Translations under genes and position numbers: made by a program
The notes under the pieces: model-generated
The model's input: the letters and a program-made list of their open reading frames with translations, nothing else
What the model was told of the DNA's origin: nothing
Database searches by the model: none
Shown: piece by piece, positions 37,021 to 48,956 of the stretch
How positions within the stretch are numbered: position 1 is the stretch's first letter
Layout of the letters: each line of letters opens with the position of its first letter
NCBI GenBank assembly: GCA_965235115.1
Contig: OZ249445.1
Coordinates: forward strand, 8,432,001-8,496,000
From: Laetmonice hystrix
Lineage: Eukaryota
DNA: 64,000 bases
Reading direction: 5' to 3'

Positions 37021-40000
37021 TGCCTCATTGTGACTATAGCTGTATCTGAGGGAAATGCTGAGTAGTCTGATTCGTTTTTTAGAAGACATCCAGGTTAAAA
37101 CAATAACTTACGGGCTGGTACATCAGCCAAATCACACAAACGGAGAAGGCAATTTGTGGGTTGGCCTTCACGCAGTGCAGCGAATCTGGGGCTGCAGACC
37201 AAACAATGTATACATATACAATACTAGTAGGCTACAATCTTAGTAGCCTTCAATCTTTGTGCAGACTCCCATTAACAATCAATGGAAAACTATGCCACCA
37301 AAGAACATAAATTACTACCGACGCGAAGTCATGGATCAAATCCAGCAGGGGGCAGGGTAGTCGATCGTTGTAATTTGTCACCTTTGTTATATAATGTACC
37401 TGATACTAGGCAAGACGGAAGTAAGTTTTAGGCCCGGCATTTTAATTTTTTTCCTCGTTCCACGTTCTGGCTTTGTACTGTCGCACATTTCAGGGCGAGT
37501 GGAGTCGAGGATTTTAAGGACAGAGGTGGTGATCAGACCACTCGTATTTAAAGATGTTTCAACGTTTTGCGCAGAACTGGCCTAAAAATTTGCATCATAC
37601 CGCGTTTACAGAGGTGAGAAATTTATGATTGTTATCAAATACTATTAATTTTTAACTTTGATTTTAAAATTATTCTTGTATTACTTGTACATGTATGCCT
37701 ATTAGATAAAACTAATGTTAATATTGGTTCAATGCTTGGTAACATGAATAATAATGTCAAAGGATAGAAATAGCATTGGAGCATCGTTTTATGGTAATGG
37801 TTTTATTTTCAGCAACATGTAAAGATGTAATGAAGATGGCACATATACACACAATAATATAATCATTCAGCTGACGTCATCCATTCATGTATAGCCAATA
37901 TACTGCACAGCCTGATACATCTTTGTACAGGTACTATTATATTCAAAGAAAATCTATCCCTTCTGTTTTTGTGATTATGTACAAGGTCACAATGCACCCG
38001 CCATGGTTGATTACTGTTCTTAGATACTGTTTAAAAGTACTGTATTCATAATGGTTAGTAGTTGGTATATATCGTAGAGGTGTACATTACTGAAATGATG
38101 TGACATGTGTTCGCCCAGTATTCAAATGGTAATATTTGTACACTTGCCTGGGTATTTTGAGACTAGAATAGGATTGCTCCGTTACTAAGGTGACGCTCAT
38201 CTTAAGAGTACCACACGCCCTGACCAGCAGTATAAATTATTTGGTCAGTATGGCCGCTGAAGCCGTCGAATGTTGGAAAGACGGCATACAGGCCATGGAA
38301 GTATGGTGTGCCAACTGTATGTATGCCTCACATTCCAGCCGTCCATCCATGCATGAACTTTCAAAAGTAGGTTATGACTGCGGTATTACCTTACTTCAGC
38401 CAAGAGGGGGACGCATAGGCCCACGAACTTATCTTATTCAGTTCTATTTTTAAGGGTAAATTTTTATCGTCATGTAGGCCTATCAAGCATTCTATATTAT
38501 TCACTCCAAGTTTTATTTGCTAGGGTGATACGGTACCAGAGAATACTACTTTCAGAGTACAAAACAAAAGACCAATCCGTCAAGAAAAGTTCTGACGTCT
38601 GTTAAAAGACCGTTTTAGACGTTATTGCACATGGTAGTTGATCATAATGTGCATGGTCATATATGATGCTTGCACCGGGGCCGTCAAGACCCAAATAAAT
38701 ATAAGTCGATAAAAGAGGGGGGTTGACCGTGTTTGAGCCGAGTAAAGTAAGCCACGGCAAATAAAAGCACCACGGTTTTACCATAATATTACCCCATGTA
38801 CGGTACACCTTACAACGTTAAATAAAGATCGCCCATTCATCCGAAACCGTACCAATTTACATAACGATATCCGCTTTAGGATGGTACCCATGCTAAAACC
38901 CAAAAGGTTACGCATAAACAGGTATAAATGGTGTTGGGCAATGCATTCATACGGAATAACACACCCATGAACCATACATATTGGAAATGGCTTTCTAACC
39001 CAGGGTATTATGAACCAATGTTTACTTTCAATCAAAGTTGCGAGTGGACATAGGTGTATTCTCATTCCTTTGAGATGCCGGTGCGCTGGACAAAAGGATC
39101 CGGGGTTTTGGCGCACCTATTGGTATATAGGAAGACTAGGTATATTAGGCTTTTCAGGTGTGGTATCCACTGGCCTGATTCCCGGATATATCACACACAT
39201 GGACACATCCTACCTATCCTCGGACTGATGCGTCATTGTTCGTCACCCTTGAACATGTACCTACAGTACGTGATGCTATTGCCAAGTGACGGCATTCGTT
39301 CACGCGAAATGTGGCCAGGTTTCGGTACAAGCTGATGGGAAAGTTGGGATACTTTCCTCAAGTTAAGAGGCGGTGTTGGTTGAATCATCACTCGCGTATA
39401 AATCGTCGATAACAAAGGATTCCGCACTTTTTGGACGAGTAAACCCACTCGTTCTGACGTTTCGTGGGTTCAAAACACATCAATTCCACATTATCGACAT
39501 TCAAATGTCTTAGAAATCGCGGTTTCCTGATGATAAAAATGATGAAACAGTACCGACATTGTAAATAAATAAATACTTTGAGCAACACTGAAAACATCCT
39601 GAGGCCCAGCCTCCTGGATATGAAAACGTTCCTACTTTTGACAGTCAGGTGGCTGTTGAAACAGGCACCTTGCATTGCTTTCTCACCTCTCTGTGAAAGA
39701 CACTGGTTAGCAATGGTTAACGTGACCGTCGGTCATGTGTGTTGACATGATGTGATGGGTTGGGTCTGGGCCCTACATGTATGGACAGGTCACGTATTCT
39801 TACCAATGTCTACACCTCAAGTATACTTTGATCAATGAGATACTTGATGTGCATGGTCATATACTTATCAAACTGATGAACATGTAAAAGTAGGGGCCTA
39901 CAACAGCAACTCTGCCGATTCCTTAATCCCAACAAAAGTGGGAATAGTTCCTACACCGTTTACCAAACCATCACTAGATATTATGCATCATCAGCAATTG

Positions 40001-40121
40001 TGCCTCTTTTGGAATACTGAATTCAGCAGTTCTGCAGTGTAACAGCCCAACGAACGTAACTGTAACTGTAACTGATCAACAGCGATGAACATTGTCAGAC
40101 TGACTCGTACCGTTCCTTTAG

Positions 40122-42796
40122 TCAGAAAGCAGTCCGGCCCTCCTGTATGGAGTCATAGGTGGGCTCCACGCCGGGGTTGTCAAAGCCACCTGGGGTTGAT
40201 GTGCCGTTCGGGCCCTCGTATTTCTTCCACAGATCGTTTTGGCTGTCGGCCCAGCGCAGGTTATTGTTGTATTTGTTTTTCCGTCGACAAGTGACACAGA
40301 GAACGACACTGACCAGGAGGATGGTGACCAGAGTCAGCCAGATGATGAGGCCAAGGATCAGATATGGATTCAGGAAGTTCCAGCACCATGTGCAGTCCCC
40401 AACAACCGACTCTGATATCATAAAGAAAGGAGAACAATTAGTACAAAACAATCTCTCAAATGCCTTAAAGTGAAATGAAAAAAATATATAATGATATGGG
40501 GAGTTATCTTTCAAAACGCTATCCGATGTCCTCCCATACCATGTGTCCAGGTTCGAAACCCTTGGCCTTAAAAAGTACAAGTAAAACAAATGGGATACTC
40601 ACCCATTCGAGTTTTCGCTACAATGGCAGTTTGACCATCGTGTCCAGGGGGACCCTGCTTTCCTTCTGACCCTCGAACACCCTGGGGTCCTTGCTGACCG
40701 GGGGGTCCTTTGGGACCGGCAACACCCTGAGGTCCTCGGTCTCCCCTGTCACCCTTGTCTCCTCTGGATCCCGGCAGTCCTGGCCGTCCAGGGCGACCCT
40801 CCATGCCGGGAGGTCCTTCAGGTCCTGCAGGCCCTTGGGGTCCCATTGCACCCTACAGTGACAGAAGACTCCATTTTTAATTCACAAATTTAATCAACAT
40901 TTTCTGCAAATTGCAGATCACATTATATGTTAGAAACTGTACGGTATGCTGAGAGGTGTTTTTCTAATGTTCCTAATGTCTTATCAATCTAATGGTTTGG
41001 GTGTTTTAAAGACTTACCGTTGCTCCAACCGGGCCGCGGACTGAAGGTAGATCGGATGGAATTGCCAAAGTCTTTGGACAGTCTGGCTGACCGTTTGTTG
41101 GATAGAAACTCATATCTGTAAAACATGTAGAGGAATATAATTGTCGATGCCTTAAAGGTCATTATGTCTACCACCTTGTTTTAAATGTCATTATCTTCAC
41201 GTGACCAAAGATTTGTATCGTCCTAACCGCTGCTATTGGCTACAGCTTTATGGACCAAGTGATAAGAAGATGCGTACCGGTGTCGACATATGCGGCAGCT
41301 GAGAAGATGTAAGGGAAGGCGAGTGTATCAAACGAGACGACCGAGCCGACTGTGGGCACCTCGGACTGGTTTCTGGCCGTGTGTTGGTAGGCCTCAGCCT
41401 TGCGCCGGTCAAACGTGTAGGCCACGGAGCCGCTGACCTCGGGGTTATAGAGACCCAGGCGGTCATTGTCCAGAACACGGATACACCGAAACCCCTGGCG
41501 ACTGTGGATATAGATCTGGAATAAATGGAGTTATCTTTAAATATTATTATTGTCAGAATTTGTCAAATCTTGTCTCTTACTCTAACAAGTTTTTAGGAGT
41601 TTGCGAGCGATAAGAATTATTACAATTATTGACACTGGAGTCTGGGAAATTAACGCAATCTTTCCATCGGTACGCTGCACTTCGTTTTGCCCAGACTCCT
41701 GTATGGCCTCTTATATTCCTACTATTCCTGTGATTTAAATCGTTAAAATAGATTGTCAATCAATGTGTGTTCGTGAAATTTCTATTTTCAGGGACTTACA
41801 TCTTCTCTGCCACCACTGACAGCTGGAGTAAAAGGCCAATCCATGACCAACCGGAAGTGTCGAGTCCTGTTCACTGGTCGCCATATTTGGAAATGGACGG
41901 GGTTATTGTTACGGAAGTAGGCAGAGAAGGCAAAGACAACGCCCCTCTGGAGCGCCACGTTGTCAAGTAGGAAGGTTGTGCGCTGCCAGTCCGCGCCAAC
42001 GCTGGAAGCCGTTACTTCATTCCCTACACGCTCAACACGACCTACAGATTCAACAGAAAAGGTGCATCTGGTATTGATGAAGGTTGACTTGGAATGGATG
42101 TTCCAATGTTAAAATTAAAAGCAAAGTTTATCATGCTTACGGTTCCAGGTCCTAACAAAAGGCATTGACTATATATTTCTTATCCTGTACATCTCACAGA
42201 AACACATAAATATTCTGAGGATGCAGGTATTATTCGGTCACAAAAAAATCGACATGTAAGCGCAGAAAGAGCAGAGGCAGAGAGCATAAAACTTTTACTG
42301 GCTATACATTTGAACAGATCTGAATGTCTATATACAATTCTTGTCGTTTTTGCAGCTGAAGTGAAAAAAAAGGGGCAGAACAGCCCTGTTTTATGTGTTG
42401 CACAAACAGTACCAACCTGGTTCGAGGTTTAAAGTATGTTTCTTGTAATGTTATATCTTTATAAAAATGGCCTTTCAAAGAAAATAACGAATATTTGTTT
42501 TTACAGAAAAAAGTCTTTGCATTGGATTCTCCTTTCAGCGCCACTGTATGAACCATACCCGCACCTCAGAAAACAGTATCAAGTCAGACACCTCGTGACA
42601 ACTTACAGAAATGGTGTTTTTATTGTTACTGTATTACCTTTGTGCCTGTACTTTTTTCAATGAAACTTAATAGAGTAGGCTTAGTCGCGCCACGTTTGTT
42701 TTTCTGAAAATGTATAAAGGGAACAGCCAGCTTACCTGTGGAAACTAGGTGAACCAGCACCGTGAAGAAGAAGACATCAATTGCTCTGGCTCGCAT
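40122..42796 (-). CDS. Type I transmembrane protein with N-terminal globular domain and 27 Gly-X-Y collagen triplets (paralogue 4), 392 aa
   Basis: complement(join(42736..42796,41800..42041,41278..41515,41018..41115,40603..40852,40122..40411)); GT-AG, phases 1,0,1,0,1, 1179 nt. Signal MRARAIDVFFFTVLVHLVSTG; AYFRNNNPVHFQIWRP, DNDRLG, FPYIFS; TM NPYLILGLIIWLTLVTILLVSVVLCVTC-RRK; C-terminus ...GRTAF. Confidence 0.9.
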
Positions 42797-45700
42797 TTTG
42801 ATACCTGTCAAATCACAAAAGAGAAACCGTTTACCCCTTTAACTATTAATAAAGGCAAAGTGACGGCTACTTTATGGAACACTATTGGGTAGAGTTTCAC
42901 GACCTATAAAAATCAAACAAGATTTATGACGACTTCATGGTGAGCTGAAAGGGCCAAAATTGCTGAGTAAACTGCCTCAAGATATTTTGATGGTGGGAAA
43001 GTTGCCTATGAATAGAAGCCTGATATTGGCCTTTTATAAAATCCGCGCGTTTTTACGATGTGCTCAATGTTTGTGCTATTCGAAACCGTTATTGCAAACC
43101 CTCGACTTGACCCTTGAAAGGAGCATACATCTGTCTATATATAGACGAAACATTTCCCATGCTATTCGCAGCATCTTCTAAAAATATTTACAAGTCGGCG
43201 ATCGTGAAGAGACTGTAAAATCTACTCTCCGTTCACATTAGGCCTATATTAGTTGTAAAACGTCTCTCCATAATACTTCCTACTATGAGTAGTAATTCGC
43301 AGGCGCTTCATAAATCATTCATAAGTCAAATCAATAAACGTCAGTATGGACACATTAGTGATATTGGATTATGAAGACGATTTTGTCGATACATAACCAA
43401 ATTATACCGTCACGAGATTGAATGCGTGAGTCGAACTATTGATTGGAACTGATCGAACGCTGCTCTCAGGGCAGCAGTCTGTATCGTCAACATTGAAAAC
43501 GTCACCTTGGAAACAGGCCAAACTCTGCGCCTCTCATCTGCCAGCAGATGTGGCTATATAAGGTTATATTATACCAACAGCTATCTCATCTAATCATGCT
43601 AGAAATCGTTATTGAAAGAGGGACCATAATTATGATGCCCATCATTACGTCATACCATGACAATGAAGACAGTAATCTCGTAATGGCAACGGTCCCTCCA
43701 ATTCGGCACTTTCACTGTATAGTATTTAGTACGCTCAGAAGACTGCAAAATATTCAAGCATATATTCATAAATGGAGTTGACACACATACTTGAAGGCGT
43801 CATGGACGCCAATATATTCTCACGCTGTCAAGCCCTAGGGGCCTGGTGCATCTCTGCAAGACGTCCTTTTGTTTAAAGCCGCAAGCATCTAGGCAAGTCA
43901 GTATCAAAAGGAATGCCTAATTTAGCAGCATTCCAGACTTCTGACGTAGAATGGCCAACAGTTACTTCATTGTTTTCACATAAACGATTAATGTAGAAAT
44001 ACCACAGATTGTCCAGAACATAATTAATATGGCCTCTGCCTATTCCATATTGCGCAGACCCTTTTAAGACAAAATTAAAATTCGCCTTTGACATTCCAAA
44101 GTCATGATGCCATTTGCAAACTACATAGACTTCCTTATGGGAGGCATGCCAAGTCAGAAAGGATAACCTGGCGGGCCACACGGATATGTTTGGATATGGT
44201 GCATCAGGGAGAGCCCAGTCTTGAGCACCGGTCACCGGCCTCCTGTTATTTAGGGAGTGCGTGTTGAGCGCTTCGCTCTCGCCGGTATTATTTCTTTGAA
44301 TTTAAAGGACGAAAGGCAAGTGAACTGACCTTTAACCAAAGTGCAGGGCAGGTCGAAATCAGAGGCCGCATCGTGCTGGCTCAACCGTTAAGCATATCTT
44401 TTCGGGGTGAGCATAGTTCACATGTAAAATCGCTACCAAGCCTATATTTGAACACCCAAAGAAATGTTCTGCTTGACTGATTTAAAAAAAAAGGATTTTT
44501 GGTATCTATAAGTGCACACTCAGTATATTGATGACGCTACTTGACCGTAGTTACAAAAGCACGTGAGCTGAGTAGGCCAATATTCCAAATGTCATTTCTT
44601 CATCTGAAGAATTGCCATAATATTCCATTGTATATTAACAGTGTGGAAAGCATGTTAAGTGTTTTTCGGCATTTTCATTGTTGACTCAGGTTTAACATTT
44701 TAGTTAAATGTATTACTGGTGGGACCTCACATACTTTTGGCCAATTTCTTGACCTTTAGGTCATCTATAGATGTAAGAGAATAACTCATGAAATATACCT
44801 AAATTCCGTGAGGGGCCAACAAGGCAAGAGACCACTCTACACTCAACCTTCCATTACACCGGAATGAACCAATAATTTTCACAAAGAAGGACCGATACTG
44901 ACCTCTATATGTGCATGCCGCACCCAAAGGTTGATGACGACTGTGGTCTTAAGCGTTCAACCCCAACACAGCAGAGGGTATTGTAACAATGTATTGTCAC
45001 TAAAGTATGAATGCCAATATTTGGCCTAGCGGTATACTCCATGACAAATACTGGTTGGCCTGTCACGACAATCAATGGAATCACGTAACTTGCAGTACAC
45101 AGTCATCTTGAACTTACCTGTGATGTCAAGGTGTATCCAAAGTATCCTGATGCCCGTCTCGTGGCCTGTCTCCAAGCACTGGCCACACAGTGGTAGGGGA
45201 GACCTGTTATATTGTCTGTTGTCTGACCTAGCAGTTAGTGCCTAACCTCTCCGCCCCACGCCGTCATTCACAGGTGGGCCAACTGCCTTCACTGAATATA
45301 GGTCTCCACCACGCTTCGCTGATTAACTGAACCAGTCCACTCCGTATATGGAAAGTCCAAATGGGAATGAATAGCCGCAGACTATACGGAAAAGTCGATT
45401 GAAAATCCCCCCGTGTGACGTCAGAGAAATGACGTGTCACGGAAGTAGAGTATTTCCGCCCCAATTTTGTTGCGTATAGTTGAGTAAAACATTGGTTTTG
45501 GATATCGACACACGGTTTATCCCCGATACACCCGGAACGAAACCGAAAGCTTTTTCTTCAACATTCACCCCAAATTATCAGAACTACAACTCACTCTCCC
45601 ACTGCCTTCTCCACATATGTACGTGTACATATACGTGTCTGGGTAAAGTCTGTTGCTCACACTCGTCTTAACAGTCTACAACCAGGTGTGAAAACTAAGG

Positions 45701-48700
45701 GGAGTAGGCATAGTATCTTGGTATAACTGTAAACTGACTTACTGGTCATTAACCATTGTTTTCACACTCTTCACACCTCGGAATATCCAATCCGGTGTAA
45801 CCTCAACGGGGCAAAGACCAAACGACGTTTTGATTGAATGTTATTGTATGTCCCATTAAGTAGAGTTACGGCTATTTTGAGCACGTTCTCTGCAGGAAAA
45901 TGCGACTTCACGCCCGATAATGGTATGTTATGCCATAAATAGGGCAAGGCATGCACGCATTCACTCTGAGAGTAAATAAAGAATAATTAAGCCATGTGCA
46001 TTCCATGAATGTCTCTACAGAAATACGCTTTTATCGTGCATGAAGACCTTTCAAACACTCGTCAATGGTGAATACGAGACAGGACTTGCTCTATGATTGC
46101 TTAAAGAGGCCTTAAAGTGGGAGCGTCAAAACAAGTCTCACGACCTGTACAAGATCAGGCTGTTTCTTATTTTTGATGGAGCGGAAGTAAGTTGGCTGAG
46201 ATTCCTTCTATAAAGGTTTTAGCATCCGCAAGTTACTGGAAATGTTGAATGGAACCAGATTACTGGCTTACGGGAAATCCCCAGTTAGTATATCAAACAA
46301 CCAATAGGCCTTCTCTTCTCCCCCGCAAGTATATCAGCCCCGCTCCCCCGCGATACGACCCCCCCCCCCCCACGCGACTCCTTGGCTCATGTCATTGTCT
46401 GCGTGCCCATCACAGTCACGTGCCACCCTCACAGGTATACGTGGGCTCCCTCATATACATGATCCACCAAGGAACGCATGATGACTCAACTGTCTGACAA
46501 CTTGACAAGATACACGTACAATAGAAACGTGTTAACAAATTACAGGCGTCTTTCATGTCCGTCTGGCGGGCACGGATACGACGACACCCAGCAGTTACAT
46601 TAAACAACTCGTAGTCACCTACTCCCTATCATACGACCGTTGATATGTTGGCCCTCCATCAAACCACTGTTGACTTGCCTCCCATGCACAGATCCCATTT
46701 GTCAGTCGTCAGAACCCACAGGTATGCCTGTACTGGGACCATTCATGACATACCGAGCCGCCTTCCACACACAAATAGTGTTTAAGTTCACATTTCTTCG
46801 TTACTGACGAGACGGGAGGAGTACATTTGTAACAACTTGGTTATATGAACCCAAAGAAAAGGTTCTCAACCAAAAATTGTTCGCATGAGCTGAAAAAAAT
46901 CCGAGTAAAACTAGGGCATTAACTGCTTAACCAAAGTGGGATTCCTTTACATATGACAGCAGGTACCCGAATGTGCGTGAATTCAAGACACGCACATTAC
47001 CTGATTACCGGTTTAATTAAGAACTTGGTGAGAACATACATCAGGCACGGGTCGTTACCGTAACTCAATATAGTCTGCCTGGCCGTGTTTATACCAGGGC
47101 CCTTAGTTAGGCCACATTAACACACAGGCTCACTCACCCCGTCCACCCTCAGGACTGCCAACCGGCATACGGGTTCATGTATTATTAGTATACCAGCAGG
47201 CCTTACATAACAAGTCTTACAAGACTGGTACTCAAAGTAATGGCCTGACTAGGGACTACCTATATGTGGTGGTGGACATGTAGTACGGCGGTACTGGCAG
47301 AGAAAAACTCTGGTCCACTATTTTGATGGCGAAAAAAGGCCGGAGGCAAGAACAGGTATCAAAACTGTCCGAAGGGGGAGATGATGCACAACATTATCCT
47401 TCCTTCTACATGGCAAGGGATACCTCAATACTGGGACACAAAATGGTCCGCGTAGGATCCACTCCCACGCGATAGGCCTTCGCCTTGGCCGGCCCATGCA
47501 GTGTAGGGATGCGCGTCAAAATTCCCCGATTCCGTCATGATCGGAGGATGACATAAGTAATGATAGACAGACTTAAAGGTGGTGATTCAGCACCACACAG
47601 ATTATGTACAAATTATGGGCGCCACCCATGAAATCAGTAACTTCAACCTCATGATTACGGTGAAAATTGAGGGTCACGAGCTGACCTGAATCACGCCTGA
47701 ATCACCCGGCAAATTCGTGGTGGCAAATTCGTCGTGACAATAACGTGGATTATAAATGACTGACATAATGCCAGCTTCGTGTGCGCACGCATGAAGGTAT
47801 TAAAACAAGGTTTCAAACGAAAGAAAAGAAATGTTGAGGCCCTGATCCAGTTGTTCTGCGACTATTCAGACCCAAACAGTCAGCTATTCAGACCCAAACA
47901 CGTCAAAAGAAAAACACTTAAAATATTGTATTTGACGTGTAAATAATTAAAACTTAGTTGGAATCTGCAGTTACGAGCTGCTAAACAAAAGTATAAAAAA
48001 AAATCCTTGTGACAAATAGAAACATTGCATGTGCCCTGGGAAAAAGACAAAAGGCGATTGGATGGTGAGAATCGAACATGTTAACTCCCTCGGACTTATT
48101 GTAAGTCAATGAAATCGATCCCTTGTCTGTAGCCCCACTAGCCGCACACAGCATAACCAGGGTATGCAGCTGACAATATGTTTGTATACTCATCACCCGT
48201 GTGCAGCTGCTAACTAGCTTACATAAATTTATGCAAAATGTTTGATTTTCACTGAGATGCAGTTGGACCCCAGCCTGCATACTGATCACTTGGGTACAGC
48301 TGCCAAACAACTTCTATACCCAATGTGTACTGATCATTGCGGTGCAGTTGGCAACCAGTCTGGTTCCGTGCCGACTACACCAAGATACCGTATATCCTTA
48401 TCGGCAGAATGCTCTTGAAAATCTCACGGAATTGCCAAGCTCGTTGTTTCTTACCTCTACATATCAAAACCTTCAACAAGACATAATACATACAACAGTA
48501 TTACATGCTATCACTTAATCACTGGATGTCTTTATGCTACTGAAAGCTCCATTTTTCAGCAAACACACGCACAGTCCCTTCCAATTCAAAGAACACAATA
48601 TGACTAACTTAACTTCCCAATATTATTTTCGGTTCCACAACTTCACAACCACAGACTGCCCTGGCTTTGCCCGTCTGGCATTGCCACTTCTTCATGCAAA

Positions 48701-48956
48701 GCCTATAAGTTTGTTATTGACCAGTCAACTTCCATGATAGTGGGAATTTTATGTCAACATCTCTGTATGCTTGGCATAGTACTTTTTTAACTTAAAGAAT
48801 CAGAGTCAACCTTAAATTCACATTATCAATATAACTGTATCTGATCTTTTATGAATCCACTACTTTCTACACGTAAGCATCTATAAGAACAGTATAACTC
48901 ACATGAAAGGGTAATAAAGAGAAGGAACATGGACAGAAAACCTTTCCTTCCAGTAC

